From: Gammaproteobacteria bacterium
GTDB lineage: Bacteria; Pseudomonadota; Gammaproteobacteria; JADZEE01
Assembly: GCA_020850735.1 (NCBI GenBank)
Contig: JADZEE010000052.1
Coordinates: 21,411 to 85,410, forward strand
Length of the DNA stretch: 64,000 nt
Reading direction: 5' to 3'
Shown here: positions 27,368-39,339 of the stretch, piece after piece
Layout: each line of letters starts with the position of its first letter
How positions within the stretch are numbered: position 1 is the first letter of the stretch
Notes under the pieces: model-generated
Told to the model about the DNA's origin: nothing
Databases searched by the model: none
What the model saw: only the letters and a program-made list of their open reading frames with translations
Position numbers and translations under genes: made by a program

Positions 27368-28432
27368 TCAGTCCACGCCGCCGCGCATGGCCCGCTGCGC
27401 CGCCCGGATCAGGGCGTGCGGCTGCGGTCCGAGCGCGCCGAAACGCGGATCCGCGGTCTGACCGTGGTAATAGCGGTAATAGATCTGCTGCAGGACCACG
27501 GCGAGACGGAACAGGCCGAACACGTAATAGAAACCGAACCCGTCAATGGGCATGCCGCGGCGCGACGCGTAGCGTGCCAGCACCTCGGTGCGGGTCAGCG
27601 CACCCTTGACGTTCGTCGGCATCATGCGGAACAGATCCATGTACGGCGGATCGTTGCGCTCCACCCAGTACGACAGCGTGCAGCCCAGATCCATGAGCGG
27701 ATCGCCGAGCGTCGCCATTTCCCAGTCGAGGACACCGATGAGCCGGGTCGGATCGTCGGCGGCGAAGACCACGTTGTCGAGCTTGTAGTCGTTGTGGATG
27801 AGCGCGGCCTGCCCCGATCCCGCCGGCAGGTGAGCCTCGAGCCAGGCGACGACCGGCGCAGTGTCCGGTGCGTCGGGTGTCAGCGCGTCGGCCTGGCGCT
27901 TCGTCCAGCCCCGCACCTGCCGTTCCACGTAGCCGGCCGGCCGGCCGAGATCGCCCAGACCCGCGGCGACGAAGTCCACGCTGTGCAGATCGGCGAGCAC
28001 GTCGACGAAGGTCTCGTGCTGGCGGCGCACGAGCGCGGGCTGGCCCGCCAGCGCCGGCGGATACTCTCGCCGCACGATGATGCCTTCGATCCGTTCCATG
28101 ACGTAGAAATCACAGCCGAGGACGTCCGGGTCGTCGCAAAAGGCCAGCACCTTCGGGCCGTACGGAAAATGTGGACCGAGCGCCGACAGCACCTGGAACT
28201 CGCGGCGCATGTCGTGCCCGGAACGGGGCTTGGTGCCGAACGGCGGCCGTCGCAGCACCAGCTCGCGCGCACCGATGCGCACGGCATAGGTCAGGTTGGA
28301 GAAGCCGGACGGGAACTGGCGCACCTCGATCTCGCCCTCGAGCCCGTCGATACAGGTCGCGAGAAACGCGCGCAATCGCCCGCCGTCCAGCTCCTCGCCC
28401 GCACGGACGGTGGCCGGACGATCGATCTCCAT
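27368..28432 (-). CDS. phosphotransferase-family (APH-like) kinase
   Basis: The ATG at 28432 overlaps the upstream stop (ATGA). Motifs are LVLRRPP, IHNDYKLDNVVF (catalytic loop) and VLDWEMATLGDPLMDLG. Confidence 0.9.
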   Translation of the reverse strand: MEIDRPATVRAGEELDGGRLRAFLATCIDGLEGEIEVRQFPSGFSNLTYAVRIGARELVLRRPPFGTKPRSGHDMRREFQVLSALGPHFPYGPKVLAFCDDPDVLGCDFYVMERIEGIIVRREYPPALAGQPALVRRQHETFVDVLADLHSVDFVAAGLGDLGRPAGYVERQVRGWTKRQADALTPDAPDTAPVVAWLEAHLPAGSGQAALIHNDYKLDNVVFAADDPTRLIGVLDWEMATLGDPLMDLGCTLSYWVERNDPPYMDLFRMMPTNVKGALTRTEVLARYASRRGMPIDGFGFYYVFGLFRLAVVLQQIYYRYYHGQTADPRFGALGPQPHALIRAAQRAMRGGVD

Positions 28433-29634
28433 CACTGGGCGATCTCGCGCAACATGCGCCGGGCGACGGACAGCTTGTGCACCTCGTCGGGGCCGTCGTA
28501 GATGCGCGCGGCGCGTTCCTCGCGGTAGAACCACGCAATCGGCGTGTACTCGGTCATGCCCAGCCCGCCGTGCGCCTGCAGCGCGCGATCCACGACCTTG
28601 CGCAGCACGTCGGCGACGAAGTACTTGATCATGCTGATGTCGTTGCGCGCCGCTTTGGAGCCGACCTGCTCGATCCGCCAGGCGGTGCGCAGCACCAGCA
28701 GCCGCGCGGCCTCGATCTCCGCCGCGCTCTCGGCGATCCAGGCCTTGACGATGTCGCTGTCGGCCAGGTGCCGGTTGCCGGTCCCGATGACCCGGTCCGC
28801 CGCCCGCGCCATCATGAGATCGAGCGAACGCGCGCAGATCCCCAGCCAGCGCATGCAGTGATGGATCCGGCCCGGGCCGAGCCGGTACTGGGCCAGCGCG
28901 AAACCCTTGCCGCGTTCACCCAGCAGGTTTTCGGCCGGCACGCGGCAGTCGTCGAAGCTCACTTCCCCGTGCGAGTACAGATCCTCACCGGCGTGACCCA
29001 TGACCGGGGTATTGCGCACGTGCCGGTAGCCGGGGGCGTCGGCCGGCACGAGGATCATGCTCGCGCGCTCGTGCGCGCCCGCGTGCGGATCGGTGACCGC
29101 CATGACGATGCACAGCGACGAGCCGTCCGCGCCGGTGGTGAACCACTTGTCGCCGTTGATGACCCAGTGCTCGCCGTCGAGCTCGGCGCGGGTTTCGAGA
29201 AACAGCGGATTGGCACCCGAATTGCCCGGCTCGGTCATGCCGAAGCACGAACGCATCTCGCCGCCGACCAGCCCCGGCAGCCAGGTCTGCTTTTGCGCCG
29301 CGGTACCGAACATGTGCAGCAGCTCGATGTTGCCGGCATCGGGCGCGTTGCAGCCGAATACGTAGTGCCCGAGCGGCGAGCGGCCGAGCACTTCCGAGAC
29401 CAGGCCGTGATCGACCAGATCCAGACCCATGCCGCCGTACTCGCGCGGGTGGTTGGGTGCGAACAGTCCGAGCGCTTTGACTTTGGCGCGTTTCTCGCGG
29501 ATCGCGGGCAAGACGGCGCCGGCGCCCTCGGCCAGAAACTGCGGTTCGAGCGGTACGACCTCGGCGTCCACGATCTCGCGTATGCGCGCGCAGATGTCGA
29601 GTATTGCCTGTGAGGGTGTGAAGTCCATGCTCAT
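28432..29634 (-). CDS. acyl-CoA dehydrogenase family protein
   Basis: About 400 aa with ACAD-like motifs (CFGMTEPGNSGANP; YDGPDEVHK near the C-terminus). Confidence 0.95.
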   Translation of the reverse strand: MSMDFTPSQAILDICARIREIVDAEVVPLEPQFLAEGAGAVLPAIREKRAKVKALGLFAPNHPREYGGMGLDLVDHGLVSEVLGRSPLGHYVFGCNAPDAGNIELLHMFGTAAQKQTWLPGLVGGEMRSCFGMTEPGNSGANPLFLETRAELDGEHWVINGDKWFTTGADGSSLCIVMAVTDPHAGAHERASMILVPADAPGYRHVRNTPVMGHAGEDLYSHGEVSFDDCRVPAENLLGERGKGFALAQYRLGPGRIHHCMRWLGICARSLDLMMARAADRVIGTGNRHLADSDIVKAWIAESAAEIEAARLLVLRTAWRIEQVGSKAARNDISMIKYFVADVLRKVVDRALQAHGGLGMTEYTPIAWFYREERAARIYDGPDEVHKLSVARRMLREIAQ

Positions 29635-29680
29635 ATCTCCCGGTGTCGTCGTGTCGCGCGCTCGTGAACGCGTGCAATGG

Positions 29681-30382
29681 TTACCTGAAGGTGACCAAGT
29701 CGGTGTGCTCGGGGCGCTCGAGGTGGGCGATCGCGTTGAAGCTCTCCAGCGTGACGGTGCGGCCGTCGAACAGCAGCTTGGTCACCGAGCAGTTGTACAG
29801 CGTGAGCTTCAACGCCACCGTGCGCGCATCGTTCAGGCCGAGCACGTGCTGGACGATGGCACCGATGGCGCCGGCCGAGGTGAACACGGCCGCGCTGCGG
29901 CCCTGCCCGAGCTCGCGCATGACCCGCTCGAGCCCGGCCACGCAGCGCGCGCGAAACTGCAACCAGGTCTCAGCGCCGTCGGCCACCAGCGCGCCGCGCG
30001 TCCAGGCGTGCAGTGCGGATTCGAGAAAGCGGTGAAACGCCGCCCGATCGCGGGCGAGCTCGGCCCAGTCGAGTGGCAGCGCCGCCCCCTGCTCGCACGC
30101 ATGGCGCTCGAGCAGCGGCTGAAAGGCGTATTCGTCGAATTCGTGGCTGGGATCCGCGTGCCGTAGCGGGCGGCCGGCGGCGCGAAAGCGCTGCGCGACC
30201 GTCGCGGCGGTGTCGCGCTGGCGCACGAGGGAACCGGCGTACACGGCGTCGAGACGCCGATCGAGCGCGAGCCAGTGATCGGCGAGCAGCTCGGCCTGGC
30301 GCAGGCCGGCGGGCGAGAGCCGGTCGTAGTCGTCGGCGCCAAACGAGGCCTGGCCGTGACGGACGAGGTAAAGGACGCTCAT
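29681..30382 (-). CDS. histidine phosphatase family protein (phosphoglycerate-mutase-like)
   Basis: N-terminal LVRHGQ catalytic motif (MSVLYLVRHGQASFG), about 230 aa. Confidence 0.85.
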   Translation of the reverse strand: MSVLYLVRHGQASFGADDYDRLSPAGLRQAELLADHWLALDRRLDAVYAGSLVRQRDTAATVAQRFRAAGRPLRHADPSHEFDEYAFQPLLERHACEQGAALPLDWAELARDRAAFHRFLESALHAWTRGALVADGAETWLQFRARCVAGLERVMRELGQGRSAAVFTSAGAIGAIVQHVLGLNDARTVALKLTLYNCSVTKLLFDGRTVTLESFNAIAHLERPEHTDLVTFR

Positions 30383-30500
30383 GGAGGGTGCGGACGGGAA
30401 CGGTGCGCGCCACTATACGGGCGGCCGTTATATTGGTCCAATTTATGCTGTCGATTTAGTTCATAATTCATATTTATCTAACTTCCGCCTTCGAAGGCCC

Positions 30501-31421
30501 GTGGCACGCCCGGATCTCAACCTGTTTCGCGTCTTCGACGCCATTTACACCCAGGGTAATCTGACCCGCGCGGGTGAGCTCCTGCACGTGTCGCAACCGG
30601 CGGTCAGCAGCGCCCTGGCCCGCTTGCGCCGCCTGTACGGCGATCCGCTGTTCGTGCGGGGCGCCGAGGGTATGACACCGACCCCGTTCGCCGAGGCGGT
30701 GGCGCCGGACGTGCGCCGCGCGCTGCAACTGCTGCAAAGCAGCGTCGCGCACCGCGAGCGTTTCGATCCGGCGGCGTCCGATCGCAGCTTCCGGATCGCG
30801 ACCGGCGATCTGGGCGAGGTGCTGGTGGCGCCGGCTCTGATCCGGGACTGCGCGACCATGGCCCCCGGCGTCACGCTCGAAGTGGTGCGCGCGTCGCGCG
30901 CCGAGATCCCGCGCGCGCTCGCCGCCGGCCAGGTCGACTTCGCCATCGATGCCCTGCCGGTGGCCGATGCCGAAATCAGCACCCTGCGCCTGCTCGAGAC
31001 GGACCACGTCGTCGCCGTGCGCGCCGGCCACGCGCTGGCCGATCCGCCGCTGACGCTCGATCGTTACCTCGCCTGCGCTCACGTGCACGCTTCGAGCCGC
31101 CGGCGCGGCGCCGGGCCGGCCGACATCGCCCTGCGCCGCCTCGGCCGCCAGCGCCAGATCGTGCTGCGCACCCAGCATCACCTCCAGGCCGTGCTCACGG
31201 CGCTGCACACCGATCTCGTGCTGACGGCGCCGGCGGCGCTCGCGCGCCTGTTCGCTCTGCACCTGCAACCGGTACCGTTCGCGATCCCGCGCTTCGATCT
31301 GTTCCTGTTCTGGCACCGGGGCAACGACGGCGATCCGGCCTGCGCGTGGCTGCGCGAGCGCATCGCCGCCGGATCCGCGGCGCTGGTGCCGCCGCCTGCA
31401 CCGGCGCGCCCGCAGCGGTGA
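30501..31421 (+). CDS. LysR-family transcriptional regulator
   Basis: GTG start at 30501 (VARPDLNLFRVFDAIYTQGNLTRAGELLHVSQPAVSSALARLR), which carries the LysR HTH. The ORF-track start at 30381 reads through the AT-rich promoter island at 30420-30480. Confidence 0.85.
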   Translation: MARPDLNLFRVFDAIYTQGNLTRAGELLHVSQPAVSSALARLRRLYGDPLFVRGAEGMTPTPFAEAVAPDVRRALQLLQSSVAHRERFDPAASDRSFRIATGDLGEVLVAPALIRDCATMAPGVTLEVVRASRAEIPRALAAGQVDFAIDALPVADAEISTLRLLETDHVVAVRAGHALADPPLTLDRYLACAHVHASSRRRGAGPADIALRRLGRQRQIVLRTQHHLQAVLTALHTDLVLTAPAALARLFALHLQPVPFAIPRFDLFLFWHRGNDGDPACAWLRERIAAGSAALVPPPAPARPQR

Positions 31422-31435
31422 TAATAGCGCACGTC

Positions 31436-32398
31436 ATGCGCGCGCCCGCCAGCCTGTCCCTGCCCATCGCCGCGCCGAGCAGCGCCACCGGCGTCGTCGT
31501 CCAGGCACGCGCGCTGCGCAAGCGCTACGGCGAACGCGAAGTCGTGTGCGGTATCGATCTGGACGTGCCGCCCGGGGGCTGTTTCGGCTTGCTCGGTCCG
31601 AACGGCGCCGGCAAGACCACCACCTTGAGGATGATCCTCGGCCAGTCACCGTTCTCGGGCGGCAGCCTGACCGTGCTCGGCCAGCCCATGCCGGCGGCGG
31701 CCCGCGCCGTGCGCGCGCGCATCGGCGTCGTCCCGCAGCTCGACAACCTGGACCCGGATTTCACCGTGCGCGAGAACCTCGAGGTCTACGCCAGCTTTTT
31801 CGGCCTGCGTGCCCAGGCGGTGCGCACACGCATCGACGAGCTGCTCGAGCTGGTCGAGCTGGAAGACCGCGCCGACACTCCCATCCGCCAGCTGTCCGGC
31901 GGCATGAAGCGGCGCCTGAGCATCGCCCGGGCGCTGATCAACGAACCGGATCTGGTGATCCTCGACGAACCGACCACCGGGCTCGATCCGCAGGTCCGCC
32001 ACCTCATCTGGCAGCGTCTGCGCACGCTCAAATCCAAGGGCACGACGCTGTTGCTCACCACTCATTACATGGAGGAAGCCGAACGGCTGTGTGACGCGCT
32101 GGTCGTGATCGACGCCGGCCGCATCATCAGCACCGGCTCACCGCGCCAGCTCATCCGCGCGCACGTCGAATCCGATGTCATCGAGATCCACGCCGCGCCG
32201 GGCGTCATCGAGAGCGCGCTGGCGGATGCCGACAACTACCGGCTCGAGCGCCTCGGCGAGATCACGTATTGCTACACCAACGCGGCCGCGCCGCTGGTGA
32301 CCCGCCTGGAGAAACTCGCGCACGTCACCTACACCCATCGCCCCGCCAGCCTCGAGGACGTGTTCCTGAAGCTGACCGGGCGCGAGCTGCGCGACTGA
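31436..32398 (+). CDS. ABC transporter ATP-binding protein (NodI/DrrA-like, ABC-2 exporter)
   Basis: Walker A GPNGAGKTT, signature LSGGMKRRL and Walker B LVILDEPT. Confidence 0.9.
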   Translation: MRAPASLSLPIAAPSSATGVVVQARALRKRYGEREVVCGIDLDVPPGGCFGLLGPNGAGKTTTLRMILGQSPFSGGSLTVLGQPMPAAARAVRARIGVVPQLDNLDPDFTVRENLEVYASFFGLRAQAVRTRIDELLELVELEDRADTPIRQLSGGMKRRLSIARALINEPDLVILDEPTTGLDPQVRHLIWQRLRTLKSKGTTLLLTTHYMEEAERLCDALVVIDAGRIISTGSPRQLIRAHVESDVIEIHAAPGVIESALADADNYRLERLGEITYCYTNAAAPLVTRLEKLAHVTYTHRPASLEDVFLKLTGRELRD

Positions 32399-33177
32399 TG
32401 AACCACTGGGCCGTGCCGCTGCCGCGGGCCGGCGCCATCGCCGTGTGGCGTCGCAACGCCCTGGTGTGGCGCAAGCTCGTGCACAGCTCCGTGTTGTTGA
32501 ATTTCGGCGAGCCGCTGCTCATGCTGCTCGGCCTGGGCTTCGGCCTCGGCCGATTCATCGGCGACATGGCCGGGATGCCCTATCTCACCTTCCTCGCCTC
32601 CGGACTGCTCGCCTCCTCGGCGATGAACACCGCCTCGTTCGAGGCCCTGTACTCGGTGTTCACACGCATGGTCCCGCAGCAGACCTACGACGCCATGCTC
32701 GCCACGCCGCTGGCGATCGACGACATCGTCGCCGGGGAGATGCTGTGGTGCGCGACCAAGTCGCTGATGAGCAGCAGCGCCATCCTGATCGTCGCCTGGG
32801 CGCTCGGCGGCATTCGCGAACCCACCGCCCTCGCGTGCATCCCGGTGTTCTTTCTGGCGGGTCTGTGTTTCGCCGGCCCGGCCCTGCTGGTCAGCGCGCT
32901 GTCGCCGTCCTACGATTTCTTCAGCTACTACACGACCCTGGTGATCACGCCGATGTTCATTTTTTGCGGCGTTTTCTACCCGATCAGCACCCTGCCCGGC
33001 TGGCTGCAGATCGTGGTCCAGGGACTGCCGCTCACCCATGCCATCGCCCTCATCCGCCCGCTCGCCGGCGGCGCGATGCCCGAAAGTGTGCTCGCGCACG
33101 TCGCCGTACTGCTCGTCTACGCCGGCGCCGGCTTCTACTGCTCGGTCGCAGCCGTGCGCCGGCGCCTGCTGAAATAA
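32398..33177 (+). CDS. ABC-2 type transporter permease (NodJ-like)
   Basis: The ATG overlaps the upstream TGA by 1 nt. About 6 TM segments, about 260 aa, ABC-2 family pattern. Confidence 0.9.
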   Translation: MNHWAVPLPRAGAIAVWRRNALVWRKLVHSSVLLNFGEPLLMLLGLGFGLGRFIGDMAGMPYLTFLASGLLASSAMNTASFEALYSVFTRMVPQQTYDAMLATPLAIDDIVAGEMLWCATKSLMSSSAILIVAWALGGIREPTALACIPVFFLAGLCFAGPALLVSALSPSYDFFSYYTTLVITPMFIFCGVFYPISTLPGWLQIVVQGLPLTHAIALIRPLAGGAMPESVLAHVAVLLVYAGAGFYCSVAAVRRRLLK

Positions 33178-33357
33178 TGCGGGTAATGCGAGTTTACGCA
33201 ACTGCGAAGACGCTTCGATGCGCTCCGGGTATGGCCACCGTCAGCCGCGACGAACACGGTCCGCTGACGCCCGCCAGGGGGTCGGGTCTTCCGTTTTCGA
33301 AATCAACGACGCGCGCGGGGTCTCCCTGCTTCGAGTGCCGGAATCGGTCGCCCGAAC

Positions 33358-33924
33358 TCAGACGAAAAAGCCGAACAGGGTATACAGGGCGCGCACGAAC
33401 ACGCTCATGCGCGGAATGCCCTCCGTCACGTGGCCTGGCGCCTCGACCACCACACCGAGATCGCGCCAGCGCGCGTTGCGTTCGGGGTCGGCAGAGCGCC
33501 CGTCCAGGCTCAGCACCAGGCTCGCGCCGGCGGCGAGGCGGCGGATGCTGAGCAGCAGCTGCTCGCCCTGCTCGCGCACCTCGACTTCCGGCTCGTGGCT
33601 GCGCGGGTGCGCGGCGGAGAGATTGGACACGCGGTGCGAGTAGCGCAGCCCGGCACTGCCCGCGGACAGGCGCACCCGTACCTCCTCCAGGTCGCGCATG
33701 CCGGTGTTGCCCAGTTCGATCCGGTAGGCGAGGTAGCAGCTGCCGGCCTGACAGTGCAGCTGCTCGACGGTGCCGTGGTAGACCAGTTCGCGGCCGTTGT
33801 AGAACAGCAGTGTCCCGAACGGTACCGCGCCGGGCGCGATCAGCAGCAGCACGAACACGGCGCTCGCTGCCGGGACGTGACGGCGCAGCCAGTCGGCGAA
33901 GGCGGCGAGCGGCGCGCGATCCAT
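33358..33924 (-). CDS. hypothetical membrane-anchored protein
   Basis: Start at ATG 33924, just downstream of a ~70-bp very AT-rich island. N-terminal TM (ASAVFVLLLIAPGAVPFGTLLF) and a short hydrophobic C-terminus. I recognise no family. Confidence 0.45.
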   Translation of the reverse strand: MDRAPLAAFADWLRRHVPAASAVFVLLLIAPGAVPFGTLLFYNGRELVYHGTVEQLHCQAGSCYLAYRIELGNTGMRDLEEVRVRLSAGSAGLRYSHRVSNLSAAHPRSHEPEVEVREQGEQLLLSIRRLAAGASLVLSLDGRSADPERNARWRDLGVVVEAPGHVTEGIPRMSVFVRALYTLFGFFV

Positions 33925-33996
33925 GCAGTGGTTGCCCGAATTCAATTCATAGAATATACATCAAATTAACCATCTAAGTGATTTTATTTAAAGAAA

Positions 33997-34758
33997 TTAT
34001 TTTGGTGCAAGACGGATCGCGCCGTCGAGACGGATAGTCTCGCCGTTGAGCATCGGGTTTTCGCAGATCTGCTGCGCCAGCATGGCGTATTCGTCGGGAT
34101 CGCCCAGGCGCGTGGGGAAGGGCACCGCGGCCGCCAGCGCCTTCTGCGCTTCCTCGGGCAGGCCAGCCATCATGGGTGTCTTGAACAGCCCGGGGGCGAT
34201 GGTGCACACGCGGATCCCGGAGCGCGCCAGATCGCGGGCGATCGGCAGGGTCATCCCCACCACCCCGCCCTTGGAGGCCGAGTACGCCACCTGGCCGATC
34301 TGACCGTCGAAGGCGGCCACCGAGGCGGTGTTGACGATGACGCCGCGTTCGCCGTCGGTGAGCGGATCGAGTGTGGCCATACGCGTCGCCGCGAGGCGGA
34401 TGCAGTTGAAGGTGCCGATCAGGTTCACGCGCACGACCCGCTCGAAGTCGCCGAGCGGGTGCGGCCCGTCCTTGCCGACGGTCTTGGCAGCGATGGCGAT
34501 GCCGGCACAGTTCACCAGCACCCGCGCCTCGCCGTGCGCCGCCGCCGCGCGGTCGAGCCCGGCCTTGACGCTGGCCTCGTCGCTGACGTCGACCTGGGCG
34601 AACACACCACCGAGGCTCTTCGCCATCGCGGCGCCACGCTCGGCATCGCGATCGAACACGGTCACTTTCGCGCCGGCCGCGGCCAGCCGCTTCGCGGTCG
34701 CGGCACCGAGACCGGACGCACCACCCGTTACGATCACGGCGATCTTGTCGAGCTTCAT
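33997..34758 (-). CDS. 3-hydroxyacyl-CoA dehydrogenase type-2-like SDR
   Basis: The ATG at 34758 has AAGGAGA upstream. TGGASGLG; [35 protein letters not shown] closely matches the HSD17B10/FadB2-type pattern. Confidence 0.9.
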   Translation of the reverse strand: MKLDKIAVIVTGGASGLGAATAKRLAAAGAKVTVFDRDAERGAAMAKSLGGVFAQVDVSDEASVKAGLDRAAAAHGEARVLVNCAGIAIAAKTVGKDGPHPLGDFERVVRVNLIGTFNCIRLAATRMATLDPLTDGERGVIVNTASVAAFDGQIGQVAYSASKGGVVGMTLPIARDLARSGIRVCTIAPGLFKTPMMAGLPEEAQKALAAAVPFPTRLGDPDEYAMLAQQICENPMLNGETIRLDGAIRLAPK

Positions 34759-34873
34759 ATCTGTCTCCTTATTGGTTCTCGTGTCATCTGCTACGGAAAT
34801 CGCGCTGGCTGCGCGCCGCCGCCAGCGGGGGCGACCATTCGCCGCGAGGACGCCGCGACGGCCGCGGTCCTGG

Positions 34874-35075
34874 ATTGCCACGCCCGCTCACGCGGGCTCG
34901 CAATGACGGTGCGGCGTGGCGCGCCCGGCCCATGTCCGCGGCGCCACCTTCCCCGCCATCGCGCGGGGGCGATTATTCGCAACGCCTGCGCCCGCCTTCA
35001 TCGCGAGCGGGCGATAGTCCGCAATGTACTGTCCCGCCGTCATCGCGAGGTGCGTCGCGCAGCGGCGCACCGTGG
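34874..35075. repeat. cluster of GC-rich REP-like hairpin units (family distinct from elements A-C)
   Basis: There are 3-4 degenerate units of the form CCCGCC-N-TCATCGCGAGCGGGCGAT..GCAA, for example GCCCGC-CTTCATCGCGA-GCGGGC and ATTGC..GCCCGC-TCAC-GCGGGC..GCAAT. They sit in a 410-bp non-coding gap inside the beta-oxidation cluster. Confidence 0.5.
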
Positions 35076-35170
35076 CGATCCAGATTGCCGGCAACAACCG
35101 CGACACGCAGTCGCGCTGGCCACGCTCGTGACGTCCGCGCAGCCGCCGCGCCCCACTCGATAGTCACGGT

Positions 35171-36352
35171 TCAGACCAGCTCCACGGCCACCGCCGTGGC
35201 TTCGCCGCCGCCGATGCAAAGACTCGCGATGCCGCGCCGCAGACCGCGATCACGCAGCGCCGCCAACAGGGTCACGATGATGCGCGCACCGGAGGCGCCG
35301 ATCGGATGGCCGAGCGCGCAGGCCCCGCCGCGCACGTTGACCTGCTCGTGCGCCAGATCGAGCTCGCGCATGGTGGCCATGGCGACGACGGCGAATGCCT
35401 CGTTGATCTCGTACAGATCGACCTCGCCGCTGGTCCAGTGCGCCTTCTCCAGCACCTTGCGGATCGCGCCCGCCGGTGCCGTCGTGAACCAGGCCGGCGC
35501 CTGGGCGTGGGAGGCATGCGCGACGATGCGCGCGATCGGCGTGAGACCGCGCCGACCGGCCTCGGCGCTCGTGGTCAGCACCAGGGCCGCGGCGCCATCG
35601 GAGATCGAGCTCGAGTTGGCCGCGGTCACGGTACCGTCCTTCGCGAATGCCGGTTTGAGCTGCGGGATCTTGTCGAGCCGCGCCTTGCCCGGCTGCTCGT
35701 CAGTGTCGACACGGCGCTCGCCGCCCCGTTCGGCGACGTTGACCGCGACGATCTCGGCGCGGAACTCGCCGGCGGCGATGGCGCGCTGCGCGCGCTCGAG
35801 CGACTCGATCGCGTAGGCGTCCTGCTGTGCGCGGCTGAACTGGAAGTGGCGCGCGCATTCCTCGGCGAACGCGCCCATGAGCCGGCCCTTGTCGTAGGCG
35901 TCCTCGAGGCCGTCGAGAAACATGTGGTCGAGCACCTGGCCGTGACCGAGGCGCAGACCTGCGCGGACCTTGGGCAGCAGGTAGGGCGTGTTGGTCATGC
36001 TTTCCATACCGCCGGCGACCACGGTGCTGACCGAGCCGGCCAGCAACGCGTCGTGCCCGAGCATGACGGTCTTCATGCCCGAGCCGCACATCTTGTTCAC
36101 GGTCGTGCACGGCACGCTGTCGGGGATGCCGGCGGCGAGCGCCGCCTGACGCGCTGGCGCCTGGCCCTGGCCGGCCGGCAGCACGCAGCCCATCAGCACC
36201 TCCCCGACCTCAGCGCCGGCGAGACCGGCGTTCGCGAGCGCGCCACGGACCGCGACCGCGCCGAGCTCGGCTGCCGTACAGGCGCCCAGATCACCCTGGA
36301 AGCCACCGAGCGCGGTCCGGGCCATGCCGGCGATGACGATTGGATCCACCAT
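35171..36352 (-). CDS. acetyl-CoA C-acetyltransferase (thiolase)
   Basis: Thiolase motifs are VNKMCGSGMK (active Cys), NVRGGACALGHPIGASGARI and CIGGGEATA. Confidence 0.95.
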   Translation of the reverse strand: MVDPIVIAGMARTALGGFQGDLGACTAAELGAVAVRGALANAGLAGAEVGEVLMGCVLPAGQGQAPARQAALAAGIPDSVPCTTVNKMCGSGMKTVMLGHDALLAGSVSTVVAGGMESMTNTPYLLPKVRAGLRLGHGQVLDHMFLDGLEDAYDKGRLMGAFAEECARHFQFSRAQQDAYAIESLERAQRAIAAGEFRAEIVAVNVAERGGERRVDTDEQPGKARLDKIPQLKPAFAKDGTVTAANSSSISDGAAALVLTTSAEAGRRGLTPIARIVAHASHAQAPAWFTTAPAGAIRKVLEKAHWTSGEVDLYEINEAFAVVAMATMRELDLAHEQVNVRGGACALGHPIGASGARIIVTLLAALRDRGLRRGIASLCIGGGEATAVAVELV

Positions 36353-36431
36353 GAATGCTCTCTCCTCGATGCCCGCCCGCCACGGCCGGCGGGACCGGAC
36401 TGCGGTTACCTTCGGCGTCGCCGGGCGCGCG

Positions 36432-37211
36432 TCAACCGACCGTCGTGCCGCCGTCCACGACCAGGAACTGGCCGGTCACGTGGCGCGAGGCCTCGGCCGC
36501 GAAGAACACCACCGTGCCCTTGAGATCCTCGGCGCCGCCGAGCCGGCCGAGCGCGGTGTCCTCGATGATGAGCGGCTCGGTCCGGTCGAGAAAGGCGTCG
36601 GTCATCTTCGAGCGGAAAAACCCGGGGCAGATGACGTTGACGTTGATGTTGTACCGGCCCCATTCCGAGGCCAGCGAGCGGGTGAGGCTGACGACCCCGC
36701 CCTTGCTCACGTTGTAGGCAACGGTGTGCATGTTCCAGCGCGGGGGATTGCCGGCGAGTCCGGCCACCGAGGCGATGCTGATGATCTTGCCGCTGCGCCT
36801 GGGGATCATGATCCGCCGTCCGATCTCCTGGGTCAGCGCCCAGGTGGCGTTTAGATTCAGGTCGATGACTTTGTGCCAGGCGGCGGCCGGATAATCCTCG
36901 GCGGCGGCGCCCCAGTTGGTGCCGGCGTTATTGACCAGCACGTCCACCGTGCCGAGATCGGCCACCAGCGCGTCGACCAGCGGCGGGATCGCGCCCGGAT
37001 CGGCCAGATCGCAGCGATAGGCCCGGGCGGTCATGCCCAGCCCGTCCAGATGGGCGACGGCGGCGTCGAGCTCGTCCTGCTTGCGCGCCGTGATCGCGAC
37101 CGTCGCGCCCGCCTCGCCCAGGCCCTCGGCCATCTGCAGCCCGAGACCGCGCGAACCGCCGGTCACCAGCGCCACTTTGCCGCTGAGATCGAACAGCGCA
37201 GGCAGGCTCAT
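36432..37211 (-). CDS. short-chain dehydrogenase/reductase (SDR)
   Basis: Start at ATG 37211 (MSLPALFDLSGKVALVTGGSRGLG), with NNAG and YNVSKGG. Confidence 0.9.
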   Translation of the reverse strand: MSLPALFDLSGKVALVTGGSRGLGLQMAEGLGEAGATVAITARKQDELDAAVAHLDGLGMTARAYRCDLADPGAIPPLVDALVADLGTVDVLVNNAGTNWGAAAEDYPAAAWHKVIDLNLNATWALTQEIGRRIMIPRRSGKIISIASVAGLAGNPPRWNMHTVAYNVSKGGVVSLTRSLASEWGRYNINVNVICPGFFRSKMTDAFLDRTEPLIIEDTALGRLGGAEDLKGTVVFFAAEASRHVTGQFLVVDGGTTVG

Positions 37212-37242
37212 GCCGGCCGCTGCACGAGGATGGCGCGCGTGC

Positions 37243-39339
<2,097 letters not shown>

